A stretch of DNA of 63,198 nucleotides from a virus (lineage: Duplodnaviria > Caudoviricetes): positions 1-63,198 of IMG/VR virus record IMGVR_UViG_3300028146_000011; one strand, given 5' to 3'. Of the stretch, positions 1 to 9,221 are shown piece after piece. Both the position numbers and the translations under genes were made by a program. Under the pieces are notes generated by a model, which did no database searches, was not told the DNA's origin, and saw only the letters and a program-made list of their open reading frames with translations. Within the stretch, counting starts at the first letter, position 1, and each line of letters starts with the position of its first letter.

Positions 1-146
1 TGCGCGGTGATGTAGAAGTGTTCATATAGCTACAACTATCTTAAGCTACATGTGCCTATTTGTCAACATGTAATTATTACGTTTTTCGCCTGAGTGCCTT
101 ACGTGCTCTTTCGATCATGGTCTTAGGTGCTGGCCTATGCGCGTCT
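1..146. repeat. Terminal direct repeat / circular overlap, left copy
   Basis: 1..146 is identical to 63052..63198 except for one missing T (gtgttcat vs gtgtttcat). Confidence 0.95.
38..66 (-). promoter_or_regulatory. Sigma70-type promoter TTGACA-17-TAAGAT (duplicate at 63090..63118) for the leftward small-gene block
   Basis: Consensus -35, 17-nt spacer, TAnnnT -10; lies upstream of ORF 62892..63077; palindrome variant adjacent at 69. Confidence 0.75.
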
Positions 147-301
147 ATAAAGGTACACGCTATATTCCACCCGCTGAGCACGGCTGTGTCAAAGTCTGCC
201 ACGATCTTAGATGCGCGTGTACCGTCCGCGTCTATTACCTCCACGTGGTATTTATTGTCGTAGCCGAGAATGATTTGCATAGATTTGATGTGCTGTTTCA
301 T
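77..301 (-). CDS. Hypothetical protein
   Basis: 74-aa ORF with GGAG RBS, last gene of the replication block. Confidence 0.55.
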   Translation of the reverse strand: MKQHIKSMQIILGYDNKYHVEVIDADGTRASKIVADFDTAVLSGWNIACTFIDAHRPAPKTMIERARKALRRKT

Positions 302-317
302 AAAGTCTCCAATTAGG

Positions 318-1805
318 CTACTTTGGCAATAGGCCCCATGAGGTGGCCTTTGCTACACTTGCTTTGATTTCTACCGCGAAGCAGGGGAAGAGTGTTTCAA
401 ACCGATACTTGACCATGCTCCCCAACTCATCGGCCATGTCGTCTCTCACCTCAAATAGTAGCTCATCGTGTACTTGCAGCAGGGGGTGTACCACCTCGTA
501 TATGCTCTCTCCGCAAGCGTCCAGGTCGTCGTCTACTGCTGCCATTGTTATCTTAATGGTGCCCTGTGCTCCACTCTGCATTGGGTGGTTACTGCCTTCA
601 CGCAAGGTATTAGCGACTACCCAATCGTGAACGCTCCTCACTCCCTGTGTGTGCAGGATGCGGCCCCACATATCCACCATGTAGGCATTGCGCCGCATAT
701 AGGCGTGGTCGGCACGCCGCATTGGTATTAGGTAAGAGTACCGTTGGTAGAACTGATTGATTTGATTCTGGCAGGCTGTCTCAATCCAGAGTGGCACAAA
801 CCGATGACATGCTTGTGACTCACCATTTTCTGCGGCCTTAGCTCGGGCCTTCTCTGTGTGTACCTTGCCATCGTGGAAGCAGTTAGCACAGACTACCGGC
901 ATCTGATCCTGTAGTCCCATCGCGGTCACGTCATAGATGCAGGCGAGTACAGAGATTTTAGCCGGTCGCCTGTGCTTCATTTTGTCAACAGTTGGATAGT
1001 GCCAGCCCTCCGCATCCTTATATCTCTGATCTGGCAGCTTGTTGGCGAATGTGGCGAAGTCGCTATAGATGTCCTCTTGATTCTGGTACACACGGATGAG
1101 GTTAGGGTCCTTGCTTCTGTGTGCAGCTATGCGGACTTCGATTTGTGACTCGTCAATGCTGACGATTGACCACCCACTCTTAGTTATGAATCCTTTGCGT
1201 ATCTCTCTGCCTCTGTCTGTGCGAGTGGGCATAGCTAAGAGGTTAGGGTCTTTGCAGGATAGTCTGCCAGAAGTGACGCGGGTGTGATTCAGGTTGGGGA
1301 ACATCCGCCACTCATCATGAGCAACGTGTACAGCAAGTGAGAACATAGGGTCAACGTACGTACCCTTCAGCTTCTCAAACTCTTTGTAGTCCTGTAGATG
1401 GGGTACTACTGGGTGCTCATGCTGTATAGCTGTGAGCACTTCATCAGCCACGCTCTCACGGTCACCGCTGGGAGTCATCTTGCGGCGGGCTTGCTTGAGT
1501 CCCAGCTTCTTAAAGAGAAGGTCTGCTACTTGGTCACCAGATCCAGGGTTGACATAGTAGCCAGTGATAGACCGGATGTCTTCGACGCAGCGCTCCATGT
1601 CGTCAGAGAGCGACTTTTGCATCTTGGCGAAGTGGTCAAGGTCCACTTGCAGCCCAGTGGCCGCCATCCTATTTATCATGGGCAAAGCGCCCATGTCGAT
1701 AAGCTCTACGTTACGTCTGCACGGTCCTAAGCCGTCGATAAGTCTGATGTTGTTGTAGAGCTTCCAGAGGCGTGGATAGACTACTGGCAGGCGAGTCTGG
1801 AGCAT
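318..1805 (-). CDS. polA: DNA polymerase family A, polymerase domain only
   Basis: TSGRLS..PNL, motif A SIDESQIEVR, motif B RRPAKISVLACIYD, NHPMQSGA, motif C LLQVHDELLFE; no N-terminal exonuclease domain. Confidence 0.95.
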   Translation of the reverse strand: MLQTRLPVVYPRLWKLYNNIRLIDGLGPCRRNVELIDMGALPMINRMAATGLQVDLDHFAKMQKSLSDDMERCVEDIRSITGYYVNPGSGDQVADLLFKKLGLKQARRKMTPSGDRESVADEVLTAIQHEHPVVPHLQDYKEFEKLKGTYVDPMFSLAVHVAHDEWRMFPNLNHTRVTSGRLSCKDPNLLAMPTRTDRGREIRKGFITKSGWSIVSIDESQIEVRIAAHRSKDPNLIRVYQNQEDIYSDFATFANKLPDQRYKDAEGWHYPTVDKMKHRRPAKISVLACIYDVTAMGLQDQMPVVCANCFHDGKVHTEKARAKAAENGESQACHRFVPLWIETACQNQINQFYQRYSYLIPMRRADHAYMRRNAYMVDMWGRILHTQGVRSVHDWVVANTLREGSNHPMQSGAQGTIKITMAAVDDDLDACGESIYEVVHPLLQVHDELLFEVRDDMADELGSMVKYRFETLFPCFAVEIKASVAKATSWGLLPK

Positions 1806-1960
1806 GTGTAATGATTACAGTCCTGTGGCCCAGCCCCAGAAGGTTTCCACCACTAGAGTCAGGCCGTAGAGTAAGCAGGCGATACCGAGGACGCAGAGGA
1901 TGCCAACTATCCACACGATAGCTTTGCTGGACCACAGCCAAATGATACGATCAGCCCATT

Positions 1961-2158
1961 TCATGTTTCATACCCGTCCCAAGGTTCCTGCTTGCCGTAA
2001 ATTAGGTTCTCTTGTATGTGCGTCCCACCTGAGAACTCTTCCCTCTCCATCAGTTTTTCAAACAGTGGGTTAGGGCGAACTAGCCACTTGCCAAAGTCTC
2101 TAGCAAATCTTGGTAGTGGTCGCATCTTCTTGCGCTTGTGGTAGAGATTCTTGCGCAT
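1961..2158 (-). CDS. Hypothetical basic protein
   Basis: ORF coupled to the upstream gene by a TAATG overlap. Confidence 0.5.
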   Translation of the reverse strand: MRKNLYHKRKKMRPLPRFARDFGKWLVRPNPLFEKLMEREEFSGGTHIQENLIYGKQEPWDGYET

Positions 2159-2505
2159 TATGGTGTCACCTTGTATGATCCTCTGGTTTGTGCTCTGAAC
2201 CAGTGAGCAAAAGTAGAGCGCTCCTCGTCGGTGAGATCCTTCTGGTTCATGACCATCACGCGGCTGGGTGCCAGTAGTCCACCAAAGTGTAGGATCTCTA
2301 CCAGGACATCGCCGCCCTCTGCTATGATGCGCCGCTGACTCTCCGTCAATTCCAGACGGTAGATTGCGCTTGCTCCATTCTCCCCTGGCAGCGTGCGGAG
2401 TGGATTGTACTTATCCATCTGCTCCAGAGCGTAGATTTTCTCATGATCCTCTAGGCCATCCACAACAGGGCCAATCGAGGGTGATAGATAGTCGAATCGG
2501 CTCAT
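2158..2505 (-). CDS. Hypothetical protein
   Basis: 115-aa ORF with GAGG RBS. Confidence 0.6.
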   Translation of the reverse strand: MSRFDYLSPSIGPVVDGLEDHEKIYALEQMDKYNPLRTLPGENGASAIYRLELTESQRRIIAEGGDVLVEILHFGGLLAPSRVMVMNQKDLTDEERSTFAHWFRAQTRGSYKVTP

Positions 2506-2632
2506 TTTCTACCTCTCTTAATTATCCGTACTGCATCCCAGTAGCAGATTGGGCAGTCTTGTCCTGCTACGGTCCCATAACCAGGACACTGGCCAAGCAT
2601 ATGCGGCACGAACCACTTAAGCCAGACAAGAA

Positions 2633-3013
2633 TCATCCGAGTAGTGACCTACCCAATCCAGTGCTCTGCTCTCTCTTATGCCAAGCAGCGGCCTCTTTCT
2701 TAGCCTCTGCTATCTGCTCTAGAGTGAGTCTGCGCAACGGTCCTGTTGTCTCTCGTTCTGGAGGCTTACGCATAGCTCGTAGCTGTCTGTTGCGCACCTC
2801 CTGTAGCTTCTTTCGTACTGCTGCCTTCATGCTGGGTACCTCAATTCCTGTTAGTGCTGCTGCCTCACACCACCTTACATAGATGCGGTTGCCATACGGC
2901 GTGTACCTCACACTCAGCCTGTCGTCATCACACCAGATGACGCCGTAAGGCTTCACCTCTAGTATGAGAGCGTCCAGTATTCGCTGCCTATATGGTTCTT
3001 CTGGCACTGTCAT
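2633..3013 (-). CDS. Hypothetical protein
   Basis: 126-aa ORF starting 3 nt after the palindrome at 3017. Confidence 0.55.
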   Translation of the reverse strand: MTVPEEPYRQRILDALILEVKPYGVIWCDDDRLSVRYTPYGNRIYVRWCEAAALTGIEVPSMKAAVRKKLQEVRNRQLRAMRKPPERETTGPLRRLTLEQIAEAKKEAAAWHKREQSTGLGRSLLG

Positions 3014-3030
3014 GACTGTAATGATTACAC

Positions 3031-3219
3031 CTACGGAGTCTTCTCCGCATAGATCCTTTCAAGGATCTCTTCTTGCTTAGGTGAGAGACGGCCATTAGCG
3101 TCGAGAGACTCAGTTACACTCTCAACAAATTCGTCTTCCCACGATGTTAGATCTTTTCCGTATCTTTCGATTTGGTTGATCCAGCCTCTAAGGGTTGCTT
3201 CGTCGTATCTTGCAGCCAT
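3031..3219 (-). CDS. Small phage hypothetical protein (LTSWE..F..S...LSPKQ..IL type)
   Basis: Pattern common in phage replication regions; GGAG RBS. Confidence 0.6.
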   Translation of the reverse strand: MAARYDEATLRGWINQIERYGKDLTSWEDEFVESVTESLDANGRLSPKQEEILERIYAEKTP

Positions 3220-3437
3220 TTCTCTCTCCACTCCTTCATTGCCGTAGCGCAGTCCCAAGCCTCTGACTGCTTGGCGTCACACTTCTCGTCTATCTTTAAG
3301 AAAGTGCGTACCATCATCCAATACCGCACTGTCATTTCAGCCGCTTTATCTCTGGCTAGTAGGACGAATACAGGCTCGTCGTCTTTAGCTTTATTGAGAC
3401 AGCTATTAGGGTCGCGTATTTCGTCTATTTTCTTCAT
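3147..3437 (-). CDS. Phage hypothetical protein (DDEPVFVLLARD motif)
   Basis: Recurrent phage small-protein motif; ATGA coupling to the upstream gene. Confidence 0.6.
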   Translation of the reverse strand: MKKIDEIRDPNSCLNKAKDDEPVFVLLARDKAAEMTVRYWMMVRTFLKIDEKCDAKQSEAWDCATAMKEWREKWLQDTTKQPLEAGSTKSKDTEKI

Positions 3438-4819
3438 GCTGCTACCTCTCTCCAAGTCTCTTGTAGACCTTTCCTGATCCTGCTCTCCATATGCATAAGC
3501 ACGTCACGTAGTCTGCGCAATGCGTCAGCGTCACGACAGGCGTAATGTTTCACCTTCTCCCAGTCGTCCTCTGCTGCGTGCGTGATGCACTTCCCCGGCC
3601 ACTCACCCATTCTCTTCTCAATCATCTGGTGGGAGTCCACCCAGTTCTTAGTCCACTGCTCAAAGATGTTGATAGACGGGTCCTTTTCGTACTTAGTAAA
3701 GAACGTTTTGAGCTTGGTCTTCATGCTGTGTGGCTGCTTGTCCTTCCACGAGCCGTCCTTCTGCCGTTCACGTACTGGCTCTGGCTTAGGCCAGTCCTCT
3801 CTTGCTGCATCCCCATAGTAGGCCAGCACACGACGAGTGCTGTGCGGTGCGACGACATCATCAAAGTCCATCATCTCCATGCCTAACTCGCGGAAGGCTA
3901 ACGCTTTAAGGCCCTGTGGTATATTGCCCAAGTTGAAGGCCCTCACCATTGTGTCGATGATCTTATGCTTGGGGAATCGTAGGCCCATCTGCTTGGTGAT
4001 CGGGTAGTCTGCCATCCAGTTGTGCCATAGGATGTCGCCCTCCCATATGTCTAAGTGCTCTTGAAACGCGGCTAGAGCTAACTTGTTCTCTGCTCTGATG
4101 AGCCGTCCACGTCCAGCCCTTGTTGTGTAACTGAGACAGAATGCGAGTCTTTTGCGTGTGAACTCTGTATCACAGGCAAGCGGTTGGTCAGCCTCTCCGT
4201 CGAGATCACGGTGTACGTCTGATGAGGTAATAGACTCTGCGTAGTCTTCCAGACCGGCGTACTCATCAAACCCAAGCTGAAGCCGCCCGTTGATGTACTG
4301 TCGCAGTCGATACCAGTCTGTCCTGATCTGGAGCATCTTCTTCGGCTCATGAATCCCTCCTGCTGGGTGGTACATCGGGAATGTCCAGCCCCATTTAGTC
4401 TGTAGTGGCATCCCGTGGTGTAGTTCAAGGTTGATGTCTGGGTCAATCGCATGGCAGGCGAAGGCTCCCATTGGGATGATTAGAGATGCCGGGTATTGTT
4501 GAAGCTCTGGGTACAGCCGGTGACCGGCACACGTGTACAGCAACTCGCGGTGCGCTGGTTTCTTAAGGTCCAGCTTGTGCTCCGACGTGTCCGGTAGACA
4601 GCCAATAGCATTACCGATTCTAATGTTTCCTCTACGTAGTCCAGCCAAAGGCAGGTATCCATTGTCCACTTCCTTTCCTGTCTTGCCTACGAAACACTCA
4701 CCCTTGCGCTCCTCTTCCCAGCCGGGTGCCTCACCTATGAACTTGTAGGAGCTAGTGCAAGGCCCCATGAATGGGACACATTTATACTTGCCTGGGCAGG
4801 CTGGGCAGCGGTCGCTCAT
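3434..4819 (-). CDS. Uracil-DNA glycosylase family 4-like domain fused to a DnaQ-like 3'-5' exonuclease (N-terminal half of an SPO1-type PolA)
   Basis: FIGEAPG..E...G..FVGKTG and YHPA UDG motifs with N-terminal Cys; ExoI ACDTE, ExoII HNWMAD, ExoIII YACRD. Confidence 0.85.
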   Translation of the reverse strand: MSDRCPACPGKYKCVPFMGPCTSSYKFIGEAPGWEEERKGECFVGKTGKEVDNGYLPLAGLRRGNIRIGNAIGCLPDTSEHKLDLKKPAHRELLYTCAGHRLYPELQQYPASLIIPMGAFACHAIDPDINLELHHGMPLQTKWGWTFPMYHPAGGIHEPKKMLQIRTDWYRLRQYINGRLQLGFDEYAGLEDYAESITSSDVHRDLDGEADQPLACDTEFTRKRLAFCLSYTTRAGRGRLIRAENKLALAAFQEHLDIWEGDILWHNWMADYPITKQMGLRFPKHKIIDTMVRAFNLGNIPQGLKALAFRELGMEMMDFDDVVAPHSTRRVLAYYGDAAREDWPKPEPVRERQKDGSWKDKQPHSMKTKLKTFFTKYEKDPSINIFEQWTKNWVDSHQMIEKRMGEWPGKCITHAAEDDWEKVKHYACRDADALRRLRDVLMHMESRIRKGLQETWREVAA

Positions 4820-4998
4820 AATCTCTTAAGTATCTCGTTTGCAAGAGACTTAGCCTGTTCTACAGTCAGACCAATAGTTCTCTCCCCCTTCCATATGTGA
4901 ACCATTTGGATTTCACCGTTAGGGGCTAAGTCAGTTTTGAATACTACTGTTATTGGACTCTGCTCTGTGTCCTTATTATTGGTTACTTCCCTGTCCAT
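4816..4998 (-). CDS. Hypothetical protein
   Basis: 60-aa ORF overlapping both neighbours. Confidence 0.45.
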   Translation of the reverse strand: MDREVTNNKDTEQSPITVVFKTDLAPNGEIQMVHIWKGERTIGLTVEQAKSLANEILKRL

Positions 4999-5714
4999 AT
5001 CTCCCTCGCAATTCTCTTAGCCGTACGTGGGCTGATCCCGTGTATCTTCACCCAATCAGTCTCATCTGAGTTGCCCATCTCATGCAGACTGCTGAATATG
5101 TCATCCGCTCTACTACTGAGCTTCACACCTAGCCCGTCAATCTGCGCCGCACATCGTCTCACAAGTGTCGGCCTGCCGCCTATCTCAGCAAGTGGGAGTA
5201 GCTGTATCTCAAGCAGGCTCGTGTGGTCATCCCATGCCTTACGGAAGTATTCGTACAACATGCAGACGTTGTAGGCTGTGCCGTACTGATCTCTGCTGGG
5301 TGTAATGATTACACCTGAGAGTGCAACTGAGACTAAATAGTTGAATAGTTTAGAGTAGAGTGGCGGCCTTTGCCTGTAGCGGCACACTCCCCATGATGCT
5401 CCACCCTTGAAGCCCTCCATCAGCGTGCCCTCGTTATCGTGTGGCTTGTACAGCCCTTCGATTGCGAGGAAGCTCAACTGATAGAGGGTACGCATTCCAC
5501 CCCTCTGCACACCGGCATACCGCGCGTCATCTATACAGTGGAGCATGTCATGCAGTGACTTGCGCTCTACACCTATATTGATGACACCCTCTGGACCATT
5601 GCCCTCAAAGGCAAAGTCAGCGTACTTGAGGTTAGCTAACACAGCTTGGTAGCCTATGCGTTGTATGGTGGGCAGCAGTTCCCTACTGCCTGTTTCGTGG
5701 GCGACTAGGATCAT
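4983..5714 (-). CDS. ERCC4/XPF-family structure-specific nuclease with C-terminal HhH-like region
   Basis: L..ADF and GVERKS..D catalytic motifs; IDGLGVK and IHGISPRTA HhH-like segments. Confidence 0.85.
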   Translation of the reverse strand: MILVAHETGSRELLPTIQRIGYQAVLANLKYADFAFEGNGPEGVINIGVERKSLHDMLHCIDDARYAGVQRGGMRTLYQLSFLAIEGLYKPHDNEGTLMEGFKGGASWGVCRYRQRPPLYSKLFNYLVSVALSGVIITPSRDQYGTAYNVCMLYEYFRKAWDDHTSLLEIQLLPLAEIGGRPTLVRRCAAQIDGLGVKLSSRADDIFSSLHEMGNSDETDWVKIHGISPRTAKRIAREIWTGK

Positions 5715-6493
5715 ACTTGTATACAGACTCTTGGCTCGTCCTCTGTACCGCCTACTTCAAGAAACAGGCAAGATTCTCTACCGCGCAATCGTGCGGGCCG
5801 TCCAGCAGTTTTCTCTGCCTCTACTACATCTTTCACCTTCTCTAGCTGCTCGGATGATCGCCACTGCAATGCGCGGACCATAGCCGCCGGTAGGTCGCGT
5901 TTGGCGTCATCCTCCACCATGTCTACGATCTCTTTTGCGAGTGCAGTCTTCAACTCCTTAACTTCTTCATCGGGGGCTAGTAGCACTATCTTGTCAATCC
6001 AAATCTCTAGCGCGTGCCACACCAGATATGGGACGGCGGGATCTGACTTCAAAGAATCCCGTATCTTTCCAGCCATCTCTCTCAGTTGCTTGACAGGGGC
6101 TTTGAGCACAGGCTCCAAACACTCATTGACTGCCGCTTCATATCGGTCGGCCTCATCCTTATCATGTGCAGTAGCCAGCCCAACTAGTAGCCCATGCCAC
6201 CTTTTAACCATTGCGTCCACGTCGATTGGCATCTTTTTCTTCCTTCCCGTATGAGTCTCAGTACATCCTAGCCATAGATAACAACCAAGTTCTCTCGCCC
6301 ACCGCACTGCCGATAGGGACATACGCTGGTGGGGTTGTGTGACGCCCTCACTATAGTGATGTGCTCCTATTGGGTAGGTACTCAATAGCCATGTTCGTAT
6401 GCCTGTGGAAGTGAATACCGCCAGAGCTTTTTCTTCAGCGGCTTGGGCTGCTTCTTCCGTAAGTGGAGTATGCTCCAAGGTATAGTCGATCAT
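5711..6493 (-). CDS. Hypothetical helical protein
   Basis: Long ORF coupled to its neighbours; a second start is possible at 6232. Confidence 0.6.
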   Translation of the reverse strand: MIDYTLEHTPLTEEAAQAAEEKALAVFTSTGIRTWLLSTYPIGAHHYSEGVTQPHQRMSLSAVRWARELGCYLWLGCTETHTGRKKKMPIDVDAMVKRWHGLLVGLATAHDKDEADRYEAAVNECLEPVLKAPVKQLREMAGKIRDSLKSDPAVPYLVWHALEIWIDKIVLLAPDEEVKELKTALAKEIVDMVEDDAKRDLPAAMVRALQWRSSEQLEKVKDVVEAEKTAGRPARLRGRESCLFLEVGGTEDEPRVCIQV

Positions 6494-6954
6494 AGCTCCC
6501 ACACGTCTATGTTATCCGGCAGTGTCTTAACGAACGGCCATACTAACTCACGGCTCAGCCCGCCATTGCCGATGCCGGGGAAGTTGAGTGCAATGCGGTA
6601 CTTCTGCCAGTCGGCATTAGCTAGGATCTCCAGCTTACGTGTGGAGAACTCAATGAGGCTAAGCTCTGCCTGATTCATATAGTGCCACTTGACTTGGAAT
6701 AGTCCAAGGATAGGCTTGCGGCTTGGCAGATACAGCAGACCATACGGCTCGTCAATCATACAGGTGTCGCGGTGGTGCTTGATGAGTCGGCCAAAGTCCA
6801 GGTCGCATCCAGAGAAGATGTCACGGGCACTCTTGGCGGCTCCCCTGCCCATCACGAGAGCACCGTTTTGTTTGAGTGTCGCGTTGCCCGTCACGACTAT
6901 CACGTCGTAGGCGGGAGCGTGCAGTGAGATCATGTTGCCGCGTTTGAGATTCAT
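6490..6954 (-). CDS. Macrodomain (ADP-ribose binding/hydrolase, DarG/TARG1-like)
   Basis: VVTGN....G.LVMGRGAA and IALNFPGIGNGGL signature loops. Confidence 0.8.
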   Translation of the reverse strand: MNLKRGNMISLHAPAYDVIVVTGNATLKQNGALVMGRGAAKSARDIFSGCDLDFGRLIKHHRDTCMIDEPYGLLYLPSRKPILGLFQVKWHYMNQAELSLIEFSTRKLEILANADWQKYRIALNFPGIGNGGLSRELVWPFVKTLPDNIDVWEL

Positions 6955-7817
6955 TAGTACCCCCAATCGGACAGCGGTATGTGCGGATAGACGTGCCTAA
7001 GTATGGACGGCAGATTGCAGTCCTCTCCAGCAAACTCTGTACCGTCTAGGTTGCGATTAGGCTTGCACAGTTCAAGCCGTGCGGCGAACTCACCAGCCTC
7101 CACTAAGTTCCCGTCCTTGTCATACTTGGCATCCATCCTGTAGCAGTTGATCGACAGTTGTAGGCTGTAGTCAATACCATCAAATCCTGCCCGCTCCCAG
7201 TTACCGGACCACGCTCTCTTAGGCTTGCCCTTGTCGTCCATCTCTGGCTCACCATTGGGCTTGTACACCTGCACATACTCCTTGGTCATCTTACTGGTGA
7301 ATATAAGGAACTTGCGGAAGTCGGTTAGTTTGCTGTAGTAGACGCGACGGGCAGCGTTGACACCTACATATAGGTGCGACGGCACTTGGCTGAGCCGCCC
7401 AAACTCAGCCATCCTCTGTATCTCCCAGGTGTCAGAGTCACCGTCTAGGATGACGCTGCGTACCTCTGGCAGTTTGCACACGTCGTAGCTTGTGTCTCTG
7501 ATGAGTGCCCAGTACTGGCCGAACTCAGACTGTTGCTGTCCGTGTACTTGAGCACCAGGGAATAGAGGAGGGTCAATTACTTTCCAGAAGGCGTTAGGGT
7601 TGCGCGTCTTAGGTGGGCTAGGGTTGAGCAGCACGTTGAGGTAGCCGCGATCTACGGTGACTCCGGCAATGAGTCCAGGCGCAGACAGGGCAAGCTCAGT
7701 CTTACCCTCTCCAGGCTTACCGCTGAGATTGATAGCGTGAGGTAGTCCTTTGCTGCCGGTGGGACGCAGCATAGTGCCGCTTGAGGCAAAGCCCAGGCGT
7801 TGTAGTGAGGGGGACAT
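6954..7817 (-). CDS. P-loop ATPase, AAA_24 / Sak4-like recombinase
   Basis: Walker A GKPGEGKT, Walker B VILDG; located between nuclease genes. Confidence 0.7.
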   Translation of the reverse strand: MSPSLQRLGFASSGTMLRPTGSKGLPHAINLSGKPGEGKTELALSAPGLIAGVTVDRGYLNVLLNPSPPKTRNPNAFWKVIDPPLFPGAQVHGQQQSEFGQYWALIRDTSYDVCKLPEVRSVILDGDSDTWEIQRMAEFGRLSQVPSHLYVGVNAARRVYYSKLTDFRKFLIFTSKMTKEYVQVYKPNGEPEMDDKGKPKRAWSGNWERAGFDGIDYSLQLSINCYRMDAKYDKDGNLVEAGEFAARLELCKPNRNLDGTEFAGEDCNLPSILRHVYPHIPLSDWGY

Positions 7818-8005
7818 TAGTTATTCTTACCTTCCTTCCAGCAGAACCATACTATTATGAGCATCAGCGGGCCTATAACGCAGGCTCCAGCCACCGCTAA
7901 CGGGGATGTCTTTTTATCATTGGCTCGGATGGTCAATATCTCGTAACAGACAAAGCCAATGAATATCCAGAACATCCAGCCCCACTCTTCAAACCAGCCG
8001 TCCAT
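7817..8005 (-). CDS. Small two-TM membrane protein
   Basis: Two hydrophobic segments in 62 aa. Confidence 0.55.
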   Translation of the reverse strand: MDGWFEEWGWMFWIFIGFVCYEILTIRANDKKTSPLAVAGACVIGPLMLIIVWFCWKEGKNN

Positions 8006-8006
8006 T

Positions 8007-8702
8007 TCACTCTCCTATCGCGTAGATTCCGTCGTTGTCTTGTGATGCAAGCCAGTGATCCCTATAGTCGCGTAGAGTTGCCCAGTTGTTCTCAAGCTCA
8101 ATGTCCTCAAACTCTAGCTGCCACGCCATGTTTTTGGGCCTGATTGGATACGTGTAGTCTCCGCACACAAACAGCACGTGCAGCACAGCGAACCGTGTCT
8201 TACGCGCCAGACAGTATCCCTTGATCTGAGCCATCCACATCCACTGGCGTTGAATAGCTTGGGCTAACTCCTCCGCTGTGGCGATTACGTAGTCTCTGCC
8301 TGCCACAGTGCGGACACTCTTATATGTGCATTTGACTTCGTGGACTACACACGCCATCCGTGGGCCGGTAGATGTAATGATTACACTCACCGACTCACCA
8401 TCACGGCTCATGTAGACGCCTTCGTGACATATCTCTGGTGGGTGGTCCAGTACGTTGTGGTGACGTGTGAGCACTTCTGGGATATAGTAGCGCTCCCACC
8501 CGATGCCTAAGCCTATGCGGCCTAGAGCTACTGGGTCTGTGATATCCCGTGAGTCAACTAGTGACAACTCCTCCACGGCATCAGGCGTCAGTATGCCGTG
8601 CTCAATAGCTATGTTGCGTATGATGGAGGACTGATGAATACCGGGTGACCGCCCATCAGGTGGTGGGAGTTGCAGGTCAAAAGTAACGGGCGTAACGATC
8701 AC
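8007..8702 (-). CDS. PD-(D/E)XK exonuclease (Cas4/AddB-like)
   Basis: GIHQS, G..WE, SRDG, HEVKCT and Q..GY motifs. Confidence 0.75.
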   Translation of the reverse strand: MIVTPVTFDLQLPPPDGRSPGIHQSSIIRNIAIEHGILTPDAVEELSLVDSRDITDPVALGRIGLGIGWERYYIPEVLTRHHNVLDHPPEICHEGVYMSRDGESVSVIITSTGPRMACVVHEVKCTYKSVRTVAGRDYVIATAEELAQAIQRQWMWMAQIKGYCLARKTRFAVLHVLFVCGDYTYPIRPKNMAWQLEFEDIELENNWATLRDYRDHWLASQDNDGIYAIGE

Positions 8703-9172
8703 ACTGCAAGCTCCACACCGGACAGCGAATCTAGCCACCGAGAGCACTTCTTACGCCACTCTCGTACGAGCTTGGCTGATTCCTTTGTCTCAAACATAGC
8801 AACGGCTGCCGAATCATCTGCGCCTAACATGATGCGGCGCACCGATAAAGCCTCTTTAACCGGATCGCTGCCCAGGCACGCTTGTAGAGCAATACGGGTT
8901 AGTGGCAGTAGAGGCATGTCTACACACACATAAACATGGTAGTTGTTGCCGCCACTCTTACTAGGTACAGTTAGTATTTCCTCAAAATGTCGTAAAGAGT
9001 TGGTAGACAAGACGTTGAGTACGGGGTTGCTTAGATGCTTTGCCACCTGTATTTCATACTCTTCATCGTAGTCCAGTACAAGCTCGTTGGGCAGGGGGAA
9101 GAAACACTCAAGACCAAGGTCAATGGCAGTTAGTTCTGCGTCAGACTGCGTACGTTGGATAACTTCACTCAT
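8699..9172 (-). CDS. Small protein with AEP/prim-pol-like motifs
   Basis: LVLDYD (hhhDhD), SKSGG..HVY and LGSD in the expected order. Confidence 0.4.
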   Translation of the reverse strand: MSEVIQRTQSDAELTAIDLGLECFFPLPNELVLDYDEEYEIQVAKHLSNPVLNVLSTNSLRHFEEILTVPSKSGGNNYHVYVCVDMPLLPLTRIALQACLGSDPVKEALSVRRIMLGADDSAAVAMFETKESAKLVREWRKKCSRWLDSLSGVELAV

Positions 9173-9221
9173 AAATGTTTGTGGGGCTAGCCGTAGCCAG
9201 CCCCTCCCTATTTGTTGTTGG

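Noticed and set aside
1-146. Biological direct terminal repeat
   Set aside because: It cuts through genes in the middle of a module, so an assembly circularisation overlap is the simpler explanation
1807-1819. Palindrome as a HexR, NtcA, GlnR or canonical parS site
   Set aside because: Half-site spacing differs (HexR-type has a 3-nt centre; NtcA is GTA-N8-TAC; parS is a different 16-mer)
1806-3433. Intron or split intein joining the two polymerase halves
   Set aside because: No intein terminal residues (C/S start, HN end) and no homing endonuclease; the interval is filled with ordinary small ORFs that have RBSs
5301-5313. Palindrome as a transposon footprint or recombination scar
   Set aside because: Intragenic copies keep reading frames intact, flanks show no target duplication, and no transposase or recombinase was seen
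6954-7817. ATPase as the ParA partner of the ParB-like protein
   Set aside because: It has a classical GxxGxGKT rather than the KGGxGKT deviant Walker A, and its context is a recombination module
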